Source: Patescibacteria group bacterium (GTDB lineage Bacteria > Patescibacteriota > Minisyncoccia > Phycocordibacterales > Phycocordibacteraceae). Taken from it: 58,663 nt of DNA. Below the pieces are notes generated by a model that saw nothing but the letters and a program-made list of their open reading frames with translations, was not told where the DNA came from and did not search any database. Within the stretch, counting starts at the first letter, position 1; each line of letters begins with the position of its first letter. This document shows, one piece after another, positions 31,414 to 40,278 of the stretch. The stretch is from assembly GCA_038062735.1 (NCBI GenBank), contig JBBTWN010000002.1:1-58663 (forward strand), written 5' to 3'. The position numbers and the translations under genes are program-made.

Positions 31414-32865
31414 CTCTTCATCGATTCTAATTTGGCTCACAAACTCGGGCACGTGTGAGACGAGTACCATCGCGCCTTCATATTGATCGAGCGCACGTGC
31501 AATAACCGGTAGATGGCGAAAGTTAATATGGTTTGTTGGCTCGTCGAGAATTAAAAGTCCAGGTTTTTGAAGTACGAGACGCGCAAACGCGACCAGACCT
31601 TTTTGGCCTTCAGACAAACTGCCGACCGTGGCGCGGAGCATGTCGGAGGTGATCAAAAAGCCCGCCGCGACTGAGCGGAGGTTCTCTTCAATCTGGCGCT
31701 CCATGACCGACATGAGGGACTCGTGTACGGTGTCGTTAAAATTTAAGGTTGAAAAGTCCTGTCGGTAGTAGCCGACGGTGATGCCGGGCGCTATAGTGGC
31801 ACCGTCTGCCGTGCCATTCGCAAGGGATTCAAGGAGGGTAGTCTTTCCTATGCCGTTGGGGCCAGAGAGGAGGAGATGCATCCTCTTTTTGAGGATGATA
31901 TTGGTTTTGTGTGACACCACTTTGTGCGTTTTTGGATTCATGATGGAGTAGGCGGTCAGCGTCAGTATCTCGCCCAGGGTGTCGCCCGCAGGGATAATAA
32001 ACGAGCGAATGGTTTTATCCTCTTTTCGCACATCCACTTTTTGCTCAGCCAGCTCTTCTGCATATTCCCGCATGCGCTTGGCCACGACGCGCATCTGTCC
32101 GCCCTTTTGTGCAAAGACATTCGCCTGTGCTTTCTTGGCGTCTATTTCTTTGGCCAAGCGCGCGTTCTTTATATTTTCTTTTTCGATGCGCGCGGCGATT
32201 TCTGCCTGCACATCGGTGTAGGTGCCCACGTACTGCTCGATGGTGCGAGTGAATATGTCGAGGTACAAGACGCCCTGGGTGAACGCGTTTAAAAATTCTG
32301 CATCATGCGAGATCACGATACAGGTTTTTTTATATTCGACGAGAAACTTCGTGAGGTGTTCGATGCCCGCATGATCTAGATTGTTCGTCGGCTCATCCAA
32401 CAAAAGGATGTCAGGGTTTTGTATGAGTGCGGATGCGAGAAGGAGCCGCGCTTGCTGGCCGCCAGAGAGTGTTTTTATTTTGCGATCGTAGATTGGTGTA
32501 TGTGAGTGGACGTGGAGATTCACCGCTTCAAGTACGGTGTCTATGCGCGGATCGATGTCATATATTTTTTTAGAAAAGCACGCTTGAAAAAACTCGCGCA
32601 CCGTCATGTCCATCTCTGCACGCGGGATAACTTGGCGCGCGGTCGCGATCGTTGATCCGCGATCGATGTGAATTTTTCCCGCGTCAGGCTTTAAGGTGCC
32701 AGTGATGAGTCCAAAAAGAGTGGATTTGCCCGCGCCATTTTGTCCCATGAGTGCGATTTTTGCTCCACGCCGTACGGGAAAGCTCACCTCGCGCACAATC
32801 GGGTGTGTGTAGCTATATTCAAACGAGACACCCTCGAATCGGATAATCACTTCTTGTTTACTCAC
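31396..32865 (-). CDS. ABC-F family ATPase (two ABC cassettes, no TM domain)
   Basis: Walker A 'GQNGAGKST' and 'GPNGIGKTT', signatures 'LSGGQQARL' and 'LSEGQKGLV', Walker B 'LLLDEPTNNLD' and 'LILDEPTNHIN'. GTG start. Its 3' end overlaps the convergent flavoprotein gene by 18 nt. Confidence 0.85.
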   Translation of the reverse strand: MSKQEVIIRFEGVSFEYSYTHPIVREVSFPVRRGAKIALMGQNGAGKSTLFGLITGTLKPDAGKIHIDRGSTIATARQVIPRAEMDMTVREFFQACFSKKIYDIDPRIDTVLEAVNLHVHSHTPIYDRKIKTLSGGQQARLLLASALIQNPDILLLDEPTNNLDHAGIEHLTKFLVEYKKTCIVISHDAEFLNAFTQGVLYLDIFTRTIEQYVGTYTDVQAEIAARIEKENIKNARLAKEIDAKKAQANVFAQKGGQMRVVAKRMREYAEELAEQKVDVRKEDKTIRSFIIPAGDTLGEILTLTAYSIMNPKTHKVVSHKTNIILKKRMHLLLSGPNGIGKTTLLESLANGTADGATIAPGITVGYYRQDFSTLNFNDTVHESLMSVMERQIEENLRSVAAGFLITSDMLRATVGSLSEGQKGLVAFARLVLQKPGLLILDEPTNHINFRHLPVIARALDQYEGAMVLVSHVPEFVSQIRIDEELRLDK

Positions 32866-32890
32866 AGTGTCAAGCGTACCGTATGTGCGC

Positions 32891-32896
32891 TAAAAT
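32891..32896 (+). promoter_or_regulatory. -10 box TAAAAT 6 nt upstream of ATG 32903
   Basis: gcgctaaaat-agatag-ATG read directly. Confidence 0.45.
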
Positions 32897-32902
32897 AGAT
32901 AG

Positions 32903-33676
32903 ATGCAGTTTGACTACAAAGAGATTCACAAGCGACTCACTACGGCGACCGCCGTTTTTTCTGATTCGTCTTCAACGATAGATAGGGCACGCGCTGCAGT
33001 ATCACTTCTCGTGGGTATTAGTCCACGCACTGATGCACTGTGTACTGAATGTCTACGACATCTCGACACCATCGGTCACATCGAGCGTGGTGAGCTCACC
33101 GAGATTGGGGTGCACGCGCTTTCAGAAGAAACTGAGGACCAAAAGCGGCGGAAAAAAGCACTGCTTCTTCTCCTTAAGGGCTGGAAAGACTTGCAGGCAG
33201 AAGTAGCACGGGTACAGCAGGAATTTCAGAACCAAAAACAAGGCGGGAGTCATAGCTCTATGTGGGGGAGGATATTCAGCGCTGCAAAAGGCCCTCTGGC
33301 ACTCATCACTATCGTTGCGGTTGGTATTGCCGCGATGAGTGCGACCTCTGTCGATGTCGTTATCGAAAACGAAGGATGTGGCACATTTGTTTCAAACACC
33401 TCGGTCCCGATATCGATGCCTGGTCTCGTCATACCGTCGGACCCTATAGAGTCTGGTGGCTCTGCGGTCGCGACGATTCCACCGCTCACGCTCACCATTG
33501 ACGGATCAAATCCAAATGAATTAAAAATTTCTTCGCTCAAAGTATCTTTTTCTATACAACTATCGTCTGCAGTGAGTGACGTTCGTGTTGATGGTGCATC
33601 AGTGGTAGGTCAGGTGCGTGAACTAAAACTTTCAGACGCAGATATACACACCGTGCGCGTTGTCTGCGGAGTTTGA
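32903..33676 (+). CDS. Hypothetical single-pass membrane protein
   Basis: The cytoplasmic N-terminal half carries a Cys pair (CTECLRHLDTIGH). One TM (GPLALITIVAVGIAAMSA). The C-terminal external domain matches no family I recognise. Confidence 0.45.
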   Translation: MQFDYKEIHKRLTTATAVFSDSSSTIDRARAAVSLLVGISPRTDALCTECLRHLDTIGHIERGELTEIGVHALSEETEDQKRRKKALLLLLKGWKDLQAEVARVQQEFQNQKQGGSHSSMWGRIFSAAKGPLALITIVAVGIAAMSATSVDVVIENEGCGTFVSNTSVPISMPGLVIPSDPIESGGSAVATIPPLTLTIDGSNPNELKISSLKVSFSIQLSSAVSDVRVDGASVVGQVRELKLSDADIHTVRVVCGV

Positions 33677-33682
33677 TATACT
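33677..33682 (+). promoter_or_regulatory. -10 box TATACT 7 nt upstream of ATG 33690
   Basis: tgatatact-gagagtc-ATG read directly. It lies at the 3' end of the preceding ORF. Confidence 0.4.
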
Positions 33683-33689
33683 GAGAGTC

Positions 33690-34700
33690 ATGAAGCTGAG
33701 ACAAGTCGCTGAGCGGCTCATGATGCAGGGCAAAGGCATACTCGCCGCCGACGAGTCAGAAAAAACGATGACACCGCGACTTCTGTCGCGCGGCGTCGAG
33801 TCGTCACCAGAGACGCGCAGACGTTTCCGCGAACTTTTGGTGACAACTGCTGGCATCGATGAGTATGTCTCCGGTGTTATTTTTTATGACGAGACCTTAC
33901 GACAGACGCTCGCGGACGGTACACCGTTTGCAGATGCACTCGTTGCACAAAATATTTTACCCGGCATCAAAGTTGATGCAGGGTTACAAGACGACTCTCA
34001 GTTTGAAGGAGGGCAAGTAACCGATGGACTGGAAGGATTAGCCGAGCGACTTGTCGAATATAAAACTATGGGTGTGCGTTTTACAAAATGGCGGAGTGTT
34101 TCGCATGTGCATGACATCCCGGGGAACCCCGCGATGCGTGAAAATGCGAGTCGATTGGCTGCATATGCTGCGCTAGTACTTGAGGCTGAGCTTGTTCCTA
34201 TTGTCGAGGCAGAAGTAGTGATGAGTGGGATGCACACCGCAGCAGAAGCAGAGAGCGCCATCGTTGAATTTCTCTCGGTGGTGGTTGATGCGCTCTCGGC
34301 GAAGCGCATAGATTTGAAAAATGTCATTTTTAAAACATCGATGGCAGTGTCGGGCGCAGAATCCGACTTCAGAGTACCGCACGCAGAGGTCGCTGAGCGC
34401 ACCGTGCGCGCACTTTCTGCTGCGCTTCCAGAAGAAATTGGTGGTGTCGTCTTTTTATCTGGCGGTCAAGAGCCTGACGAGGCGCTCGCAAACCTAAATG
34501 CGATCGCGCGACTCGAACCACTCCCGTGGCCGATCACATATTCTTTCTCACGCGCGATTCAAGACCCGGTGATGGATACATGGAGTGGGAATGAAGACAA
34601 CGTGGGCGAGGCACAGGGCATTTTTCTTCAACGTTTGTCACTTCTTAAACTCGCGGACGCCGCGGGGTACGTTTCTGGCCAAAATATTAGTGGCGCGTAG
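33690..34700 (+). CDS. Class I fructose-bisphosphate aldolase
   Basis: 'GKGILAADES..T...R' N-terminal signature, 'LPGIKVD.G', 'FTKWRSV', and 'FKTSMAVSG'. Start at MKLRQVAERL (33690). Confidence 0.85.
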   Translation: MKLRQVAERLMMQGKGILAADESEKTMTPRLLSRGVESSPETRRRFRELLVTTAGIDEYVSGVIFYDETLRQTLADGTPFADALVAQNILPGIKVDAGLQDDSQFEGGQVTDGLEGLAERLVEYKTMGVRFTKWRSVSHVHDIPGNPAMRENASRLAAYAALVLEAELVPIVEAEVVMSGMHTAAEAESAIVEFLSVVVDALSAKRIDLKNVIFKTSMAVSGAESDFRVPHAEVAERTVRALSAALPEEIGGVVFLSGGQEPDEALANLNAIARLEPLPWPITYSFSRAIQDPVMDTWSGNEDNVGEAQGIFLQRLSLLKLADAAGYVSGQNISGA

Positions 34701-34765
34701 TGGCTCTGTGGTGCCGCGATACGCCACCCGTTTTGACAAATGACTTTTTTGTATCGTTTCAAGGC

Positions 34766-34787
34766 TTATCCACACGACTGCGGATAA
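34766..34787. promoter_or_regulatory. Two convergent DnaA-box-like 9-mers upstream of nrdA
   Basis: TTATCCACA (34766-34774, + strand) is a perfect consensus DnaA box. tgcggataa (34779-34787) reads TTATCCGCA on the minus strand. Together they form TTATCC-N10-GGATAA, about 50 nt upstream of the nrdA ATG. Confidence 0.5.
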
Positions 34788-34834
34788 CTGGTCACGAGCG
34801 TTATGCCGCGCGTGGGGGTACAATGCAATGACCT

Positions 34835-37750
34835 ATGTCTCTCACGATTAAAATCAAGAAGCGAAACGGAGCCATCGTTGATTTTGATCAATCAAAAATA
34901 GCCCATGCTATCCAAATGGCATTTCTTGAGGTCCTCCACGAACCAAGGGTCGACGAATCAGCGTCAATCGCGTCCGGTGTCGCAGAGATGGTGATGGCTC
35001 GCTATGGCGGATCAGTTAATTTTCCTAATGTTGAAGAGATTCAGGACCTCGTAGAGCGCGGCCTCATGAGTCGCGGGTACTTTGATGTTGCAAAATCATA
35101 CATTATATATAGGTACGAGCACGCGAAGATGCGTGAAGAGGCACAAGAGGAGGTGGTCAAGAAGATAGAGGAGCGCGGCCTCGTCATTATCAAGCGAAAT
35201 GGCGATCGAGAGATCTTTTCTATCGACAAAGTCCGTGGACTCATCGAACATTCGATGTCAGCAGCGGATCGTTCAGTCGTTGATATCGATGCAGTGATGA
35301 ATCAGGTGCAGCTCCAAGTGCGTGACGGCATCACGACCGCAGAACTTGAACAAACGCTGATCATGGTCGCGCGTTCGATGATCGAGCGCGACCCCGCGTA
35401 CGACCGACTCGCTGCACGGTTGTTGTTGAGCACGTTATACAAAGATGGTATCAACGTTGATGTCCTCGAGGCAGATGTTGAGACCAAATTCCGTGCTGCG
35501 TTTGTGGCGAGTATCAAACAGGGCGTCGCAGAAAAGTTGTACGACGAGCGACTCTTGACGTTTGATCTTGAACGCGTCGCGCGTGAGCTCGACATGAGCC
35601 GCGACCTCCATCTCAAATATCTTGGCGTCGCCACGCTCGCTGATCGTTATTTTGTAAAAGCAAAGTCAACTAAAAAATATCTTGAAGTGCCACAGTTCTT
35701 TTGGATGCGTGTGGCTTTGGGTGTCGCGCTCGCTGAAACGGGTGCGCGCGAGGAGTGGGCGATACAGTTTTACAATATTGTCTCGACGCTTCGCTTTGTC
35801 CCATCGACGCCAACCTTGTTTCACTCTGGCACACCCAAGCCACAACTTTCAAGCTGTTATTTAAACGTCGTTGATGATGATCTCGAACACATCTTTAAAG
35901 TGTATGGCGACAACGCGCAGCTCTCTAAGTGGGCGGGCGGTATCGGCACCGCGTGGAGCAAGCTCCGCGGTACCGGAGCCCTCATTAAGAAGAGCGGCAC
36001 GGCGAGTCAGGGCGTCATCCCATTTTTGAAGATTGCAAACGATGTCACTGTCGCGATTAACCGCTCGGGTCGCAGGCGTGGCGCGACCGCCGTGTACCTT
36101 GAAGCATGGCACTACGATTTTGAGGACTTCTTGGAGCTCCGTAAAAACACAGGGGACGAGCGTCGTCGGACCCATGACATCAACACCGCCTCGTGGATCC
36201 CCGACCTTCTTATGAAGCGTGTTCGTGAGGACGGCTATTGGACATTCTTCTCTCCAGATGAGGTACCCGATCTCACCGAGCTCTACGGCAAGAAGTTTGA
36301 AGAGGCGTACGCCCGCTATGAGGAGATGGCTGCAAAGGGCGATATCCGTCTTTTTAAGAAGGTAAAGGCCGCAGAAGTATGGAAGAAGATGCTCGGCATG
36401 CTTTTTGAGACCGGCCACCCATGGATCACCTTCAAAGATCCATCAAACATCCGCTCACCACAGGACCACGTCGGCGTCGTTCATAATTCGAACCTCTGCA
36501 CTGAGATTACACTCAACACGTCAGCAGAGGAGACGGCGGTGTGTAACTTGGGCTCCGTTAACTTTGCAGTCCACGTGACGAATGGTGTTTTTGATACAAA
36601 TAAGATAAAAGAAACCGTGACCGTCGGTATGCGCATGCTCGATAACGTCGTCGATATCAACTTCTATCCAACCAAAGAGGCGCAAACTTCAAACATGCGT
36701 CATCGTCCCGTGGGTCTTGGCGTGATGGGCTTCCAAGACGCACTCTACATGCTCAACATTGATTTTGCATCAGAACGCTGTGTGCAGTTTGCCGATACGT
36801 CGATGGAGGTGGTTTCATATTACGCGATTTTGGCATCAGTCGCGCTCGCACGCGAGCGTGGCGCGTACACCACATTTGCAGGTTCAAAGTGGGATCGCGG
36901 CATCCTACCCGTTGATACGGTACGGCTTATGGAAGAGGAGCGTGGCGAGGCGATAGAAGTGTCGCGCGATACGACGCTCGACTGGGTTGCTGTCCGCGCC
37001 GCGATCAAGCAGTACGGGATGAGAAATTCTAACTGTATGGCTATCGCACCGACCGCGACGATTTCTAACATTGCAGGCTCGATCCCCGCTATCGAGCCCA
37101 TCTATAAAAATATTTATGTGGAGTCAAACATCAGTGGTGACTTTACGGTAGTCAATCCATACCTTGTCGAAGATTTGAAGAAGATGAATCTCTGGAACGG
37201 TGCCATTTTAAATGAACTCAAAGCAAAAGACGGTTCCATCGCGACCATCGCCGGCATCCCCGAAGCGATTAAGAATAAGTACAAAGAAGTATTTGAAATA
37301 GATATGCGCTGGATTGTCCGCTCTGCAGCGTACCGGGGTAAGTGGATAGACCAGTCGCAGTCGCTGAACATCTTCTTTCGCGGCACGTCGGGTAGGGAGC
37401 TGTCAGAGGTGTACTTTTACGCGTGGCGCATGGGTCTTAAGACTACCTACTACCTCCGTACACTCGCGGCGACCCAGGTTGAAAAGTCGACCGTCTCAAC
37501 CGCAGAGTACGGTGCGACTCACAAGCGTGACACATCGTCTCTTGTTTCTCAGTCGACCGTCGAGATGATGCGCACGCCAGACGCCATGCTCCCTAGGGTC
37601 CCCGAACAGGCAGTACTGACCGCCGTGATGGCACCTGAGCTCGCCCCCGTCGCTGTGGCAACCCAGCCAGCCCCTGTATTTGCCCAACCAACCTCGACCC
37701 AATATGTCCTCCATCGTGCACCAGAAGTAACCTGCGAATCGTGTCAGTAG
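34835..37750 (+). CDS. nrdA: Class I ribonucleoside-diphosphate reductase alpha subunit with two N-terminal ATP-cones
   Basis: ATP-cone 1 'IKKRNGAIVDFDQSKIAHAI', ATP-cone 2 'IIKRNGDREIFSIDKVRGLI'. Catalytic 'NSNLCTEITL', 'CNLGS', 'MAIAPTATIS', C-terminal Cys pair 'CESCQ'. Followed by nrdB. Confidence 0.9.
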   Translation: MSLTIKIKKRNGAIVDFDQSKIAHAIQMAFLEVLHEPRVDESASIASGVAEMVMARYGGSVNFPNVEEIQDLVERGLMSRGYFDVAKSYIIYRYEHAKMREEAQEEVVKKIEERGLVIIKRNGDREIFSIDKVRGLIEHSMSAADRSVVDIDAVMNQVQLQVRDGITTAELEQTLIMVARSMIERDPAYDRLAARLLLSTLYKDGINVDVLEADVETKFRAAFVASIKQGVAEKLYDERLLTFDLERVARELDMSRDLHLKYLGVATLADRYFVKAKSTKKYLEVPQFFWMRVALGVALAETGAREEWAIQFYNIVSTLRFVPSTPTLFHSGTPKPQLSSCYLNVVDDDLEHIFKVYGDNAQLSKWAGGIGTAWSKLRGTGALIKKSGTASQGVIPFLKIANDVTVAINRSGRRRGATAVYLEAWHYDFEDFLELRKNTGDERRRTHDINTASWIPDLLMKRVREDGYWTFFSPDEVPDLTELYGKKFEEAYARYEEMAAKGDIRLFKKVKAAEVWKKMLGMLFETGHPWITFKDPSNIRSPQDHVGVVHNSNLCTEITLNTSAEETAVCNLGSVNFAVHVTNGVFDTNKIKETVTVGMRMLDNVVDINFYPTKEAQTSNMRHRPVGLGVMGFQDALYMLNIDFASERCVQFADTSMEVVSYYAILASVALARERGAYTTFAGSKWDRGILPVDTVRLMEEERGEAIEVSRDTTLDWVAVRAAIKQYGMRNSNCMAIAPTATISNIAGSIPAIEPIYKNIYVESNISGDFTVVNPYLVEDLKKMNLWNGAILNELKAKDGSIATIAGIPEAIKNKYKEVFEIDMRWIVRSAAYRGKWIDQSQSLNIFFRGTSGRELSEVYFYAWRMGLKTTYYLRTLAATQVEKSTVSTAEYGATHKRDTSSLVSQSTVEMMRTPDAMLPRVPEQAVLTAVMAPELAPVAVATQPAPVFAQPTSTQYVLHRAPEVTCESCQ

Positions 37751-37786
37751 ACAGCATCTTTATTAGCGCTATAGTTTAGAGACCTT

Positions 37787-38821
37787 ATGTCCATACAAAA
37801 AAACGCTGGAGCGGTCGACATCAACAAGCGCCGCATTATAAATGGAAAGGAGGCTGACGTTATTCAGCTCTATCCGATGCGTCACAAATTTGCATGGGAG
37901 TATTATAACCGCGCAAACGCGAACCACTGGCTCCCGACAGAAATCTCTATGCAGCTCGACATCGAGACGTGGAAGAGTCCGACCGCACTCACTGCTGACG
38001 AACGTTCTGCGTTTGAAACGGTGCTCGGCTTTTTCACCACCGCTGACTCGATCGCTGCAAACAACATCGTGATGGGCTTCTACTCGCACGTCACCTCACC
38101 TGAAGTGCGCATGTATCTCCTTCGACAAGCGTATGAGGAGGCGATACATACGCACGCGTACCAGTACATCGTTGAGTCTCTTGGCATGGACGAAAGCAAG
38201 ATTTTCAACATGTATCGAAACATCGATGCCATCTACGACAAACAAGAATTCATTCTTGGATTCAACGAAGGCATCTTTGATGGCTCGTTCAAGACCGGCA
38301 CGTTCGCCGCAGATCAAAAGTTTCTTGAAAACTGGTGCGTGTTCTCGCTCATTCTTGAAGGCATCTTCTTCTACTCATCGTTCGCGGTTATTCTCGGCTT
38401 CAAGCGACAGAATAAACTCACGGGCTCCGCTGAGCAAATCGAGTACATCATGCGCGACGAGTCGATGCATCTTAACTTTGGTCTTGAAGTTATCCTCGCC
38501 ATCCGCGAAGAGAATCCAGAATTGTGGACCCCCGAGTTCCAAGCGCGCATCATCGACCTCGTCTGCAAAGCGACGAAGCTCGAATACACGTATGCGAAAG
38601 AAGTATTTCCTCGCGGCATATTTGGTCTCACGGCTGAGGGCTTTGAACAGTACATTAAGCACATCGCAGACAGGCGCCTCGAGCGCGTGGGACTCCCCGC
38701 GCAGTTTAATGTTGCAAACCCTTTCCCTTGGATGAGCGAGGCCATCGACCTCTCAAAGAAAAAGAACTTCTTTGAAACTCGTGTCACCGAGTACCAGACG
38801 GGTGGCGCATTGAATTGGTGA
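37787..38821 (+). CDS. nrdB: Class I ribonucleotide reductase beta subunit (di-iron/tyrosyl radical)
   Basis: 'FWLPTEI', 'EAIHTHAYQYI' (ExxH), 'LEGIFFYSSFA', and 'IMRDESMHLNFG' (ExxH) iron-ligand motifs. Confidence 0.9.
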   Translation: MSIQKNAGAVDINKRRIINGKEADVIQLYPMRHKFAWEYYNRANANHWLPTEISMQLDIETWKSPTALTADERSAFETVLGFFTTADSIAANNIVMGFYSHVTSPEVRMYLLRQAYEEAIHTHAYQYIVESLGMDESKIFNMYRNIDAIYDKQEFILGFNEGIFDGSFKTGTFAADQKFLENWCVFSLILEGIFFYSSFAVILGFKRQNKLTGSAEQIEYIMRDESMHLNFGLEVILAIREENPELWTPEFQARIIDLVCKATKLEYTYAKEVFPRGIFGLTAEGFEQYIKHIADRRLERVGLPAQFNVANPFPWMSEAIDLSKKKNFFETRVTEYQTGGALNW

Positions 38822-38846
38822 GCAAGAGGGTGTATAGTCTGTCTTA

Positions 38847-39059
38847 ATGGCTTGGCGAAAAGGAGATCTAGTGGTGTTGAATCGAGCAGAATCTGACTTT
38901 TTAGATGTTTTGTTACGCAGAGTTCCCAATTGCATTGATCCTAAAAAAATGGCTAGGGACGCTCGCAAGTATATTGCGCGTACTAACCCAAAACTCAAAG
39001 GACTTTCCATCCCCGAACGTCGTCGTCGTCACGTTCATCCACCCGTTAAGATGCTCTGA
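38847..39059 (+). CDS. Small basic protein (70 aa), paralogue of 39314..39520
   Basis: 'IDPKKMARDARKYIARTNPKLKGLSIPERRRRH' aligns with 'IDIDKIGRDVRKYVARKNPELQGLGLSVSERRRRH' of the next small ORF. A TATAGT -10 lies 8 nt upstream of the ATG. Confidence 0.45.
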   Translation: MAWRKGDLVVLNRAESDFLDVLLRRVPNCIDPKKMARDARKYIARTNPKLKGLSIPERRRRHVHPPVKML

Positions 39060-39089
39060 GTCCTGTGACACAGAAGTAGCGTAGACAAC

Positions 39090-39124
39090 GGGTCCTTTGA
39101 ACAAGCAATCAAAAGAAAGGACCC
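39090..39124 (+). other. Perfect 9-bp-stem hairpin (GGGTCCTTT-N17-AAAGGACCC), followed by the 16-nt palindrome ACACTCAtcTGAGTGT (39127-39142)
   Basis: Read directly, 31 nt after the stop at 39059. No U-tract follows, so it is not a classical terminator. Confidence 0.6.
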
Positions 39125-39313
39125 AGACACTCATCTGAGTGTTGCAGACAAAATGCTGCGCAGACTACGACAGGCACGGCGCGGCGGGACAATGGACGTA
39201 CCTATGCAGCGACAAATGGCAATCGCAGATAGATTTCGAAGAGGTAAAATTTGAGCAATGCTGCATCAACAGAGAAGCTTGAGGTAGCAGGTAATGTGGT
39301 GTATCGTGGGGTC

Positions 39314-39520
39314 ATGGAAAACGTGCCAGAACAAAAGAGACAAGCCCGGCTCGGCCTCGCTATTACAGCCTTTCATAAAGTGCCAGGTCTTATCGATATA
39401 GATAAGATAGGGAGGGACGTCAGAAAGTATGTCGCACGCAAGAACCCCGAGCTTCAGGGCTTGGGTCTTTCTGTATCAGAGCGCCGTCGCCGACATCCAG
39501 CGCTCTGTATTCTAAAATAG
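39314..39520 (+). CDS. Small basic protein (68 aa from ATG 39314), paralogue of 38847..39059
   Basis: Shared C-terminal block (see 38847). The track start 39251 is TTG; ATG 39314 gives a protein of the same size as its paralogue. Confidence 0.4.
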   Translation: MENVPEQKRQARLGLAITAFHKVPGLIDIDKIGRDVRKYVARKNPELQGLGLSVSERRRRHPALCILK

Positions 39521-39546
39521 TGCATGCAGACAAAGTTCTAAAGACC

Positions 39547-39753
39547 ATGGAAAAGGGACAGAAGTTAGGACTGAAACTCAGCTTGAGCATGAGTTTGGTG
39601 CCACAAAAACCTCGCCGTCCGGGTACGCGTGTGTGGCCGACAAAGTTTCAACGTTTAGCGCCACCGCCGGGCGATCACTACCATGAGCCACCACTTGATG
39701 GCTACTGGGCCACCGTCCCGCCCAGAACTAAAACTGTTGATACAAACTCCTAG
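39547..39753 (+). CDS. Possible small Pro/basic-rich ORF (weak call)
   Basis: Open frame MEKGQKLGLKLSL...PPPGDHYHEPPLDGYW.. No recognisable motif or promoter. It overlaps the 3' end of the convergent gene by 4 nt. Confidence 0.2.
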   Translation: MEKGQKLGLKLSLSMSLVPQKPRRPGTRVWPTKFQRLAPPPGDHYHEPPLDGYWATVPPRTKTVDTNS

Positions 39754-40190
39754 AGTCGTGAGCGCCACCAAATTTTGTATACCCCCAGAAGAATTTTTGT
39801 CATTGCGGCGAGGAGGATAGCCGCAAACACCGCGTATGAGACGAACGTGAACATAGCCATAAGCGGTCCTGCAGCAAGAATGCCGCTGATGCTACCAAAA
39901 AACTCGAATGCAACGCCTGTCGCCATAGCGCTAAATGCACCAGCGAGTGCCGCGACAGGAAGTATCGCGAGAAGGACCTTAAGCCACTTGAGTCCTCGTT
40001 TTTCATTTCTGTAGCTTGGGATGGGTGACCATATCTCAGGGCGCGGACGATTAAAAGCACGCGTCTCTGTCTGCAACTTTTGTTCACGTATAACTCCAGG
40101 GACTGTACGCACTAGGTCATAAACCCGCGACCCCTCGTGGGCTGGGGGAGCCTCTGCGTGTAGCGTTTGAGATGTGAGGCCCTCTCGCAT
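39750..40190 (-). CDS. Orphan membrane protein (soluble N-terminus + 3 Ala/Gly-rich TM helices)
   Basis: 'LKVLLAILPVAALAGAFSAMATGVAFEFFGSISGILAAGPLMAMFTFVSYAVFAAILLAAMTKILLGV'. A perfect leaderless promoter lies upstream on the minus strand. Confidence 0.6.
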   Translation of the reverse strand: MREGLTSQTLHAEAPPAHEGSRVYDLVRTVPGVIREQKLQTETRAFNRPRPEIWSPIPSYRNEKRGLKWLKVLLAILPVAALAGAFSAMATGVAFEFFGSISGILAAGPLMAMFTFVSYAVFAAILLAAMTKILLGVYKIWWRSRL

Positions 40191-40196
40191 TTTCGT

Positions 40197-40224
40197 ATTA
40201 TAGCACGAATGGTTTGTGTGTCAA
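40197..40224 (-). promoter_or_regulatory. Promoter TTGACA-N16-TATAAT (minus strand), -10 box 6 nt upstream of ATG 40190
   Basis: The reverse complement reads ttgaca-cacaaaccattcgtgc-tataat-acgaaa-ATG. Confidence 0.65.
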
Positions 40225-40243
40225 ATTGGCCTGATCTCCTCAC

Positions 40244-40272
40244 TTGACAATATCTTATTTATAGTGTACCAT
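40244..40272 (+). promoter_or_regulatory. Promoter TTGACA-N17-TACCAT, -10 box 6 nt upstream of ATG 40279 (divergent from 40197-40224)
   Basis: ttgaca-atatcttatttatagtg-taccat-ccatca-ATG read directly. Confidence 0.6.
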
Positions 40273-40278
40273 CCATCA

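Noticed and set aside
34766-34787. Replication origin (oriC) at the DnaA boxes.
   Set aside because: There are only two boxes, with no AT-rich unwinding element and no dnaA/dnaN nearby. The site is a 134-nt gap between aldolase and nrdA. Promoter regulation is the more economical reading.
39153-39254. 33-codon highly basic ORF (MLRRLRQARRGG...) between the two small paralogues, considered as a gene call.
   Set aside because: It is too short and low-complexity to support on its own, with no promoter or SD. It is mentioned within the small-paralogue finding instead.
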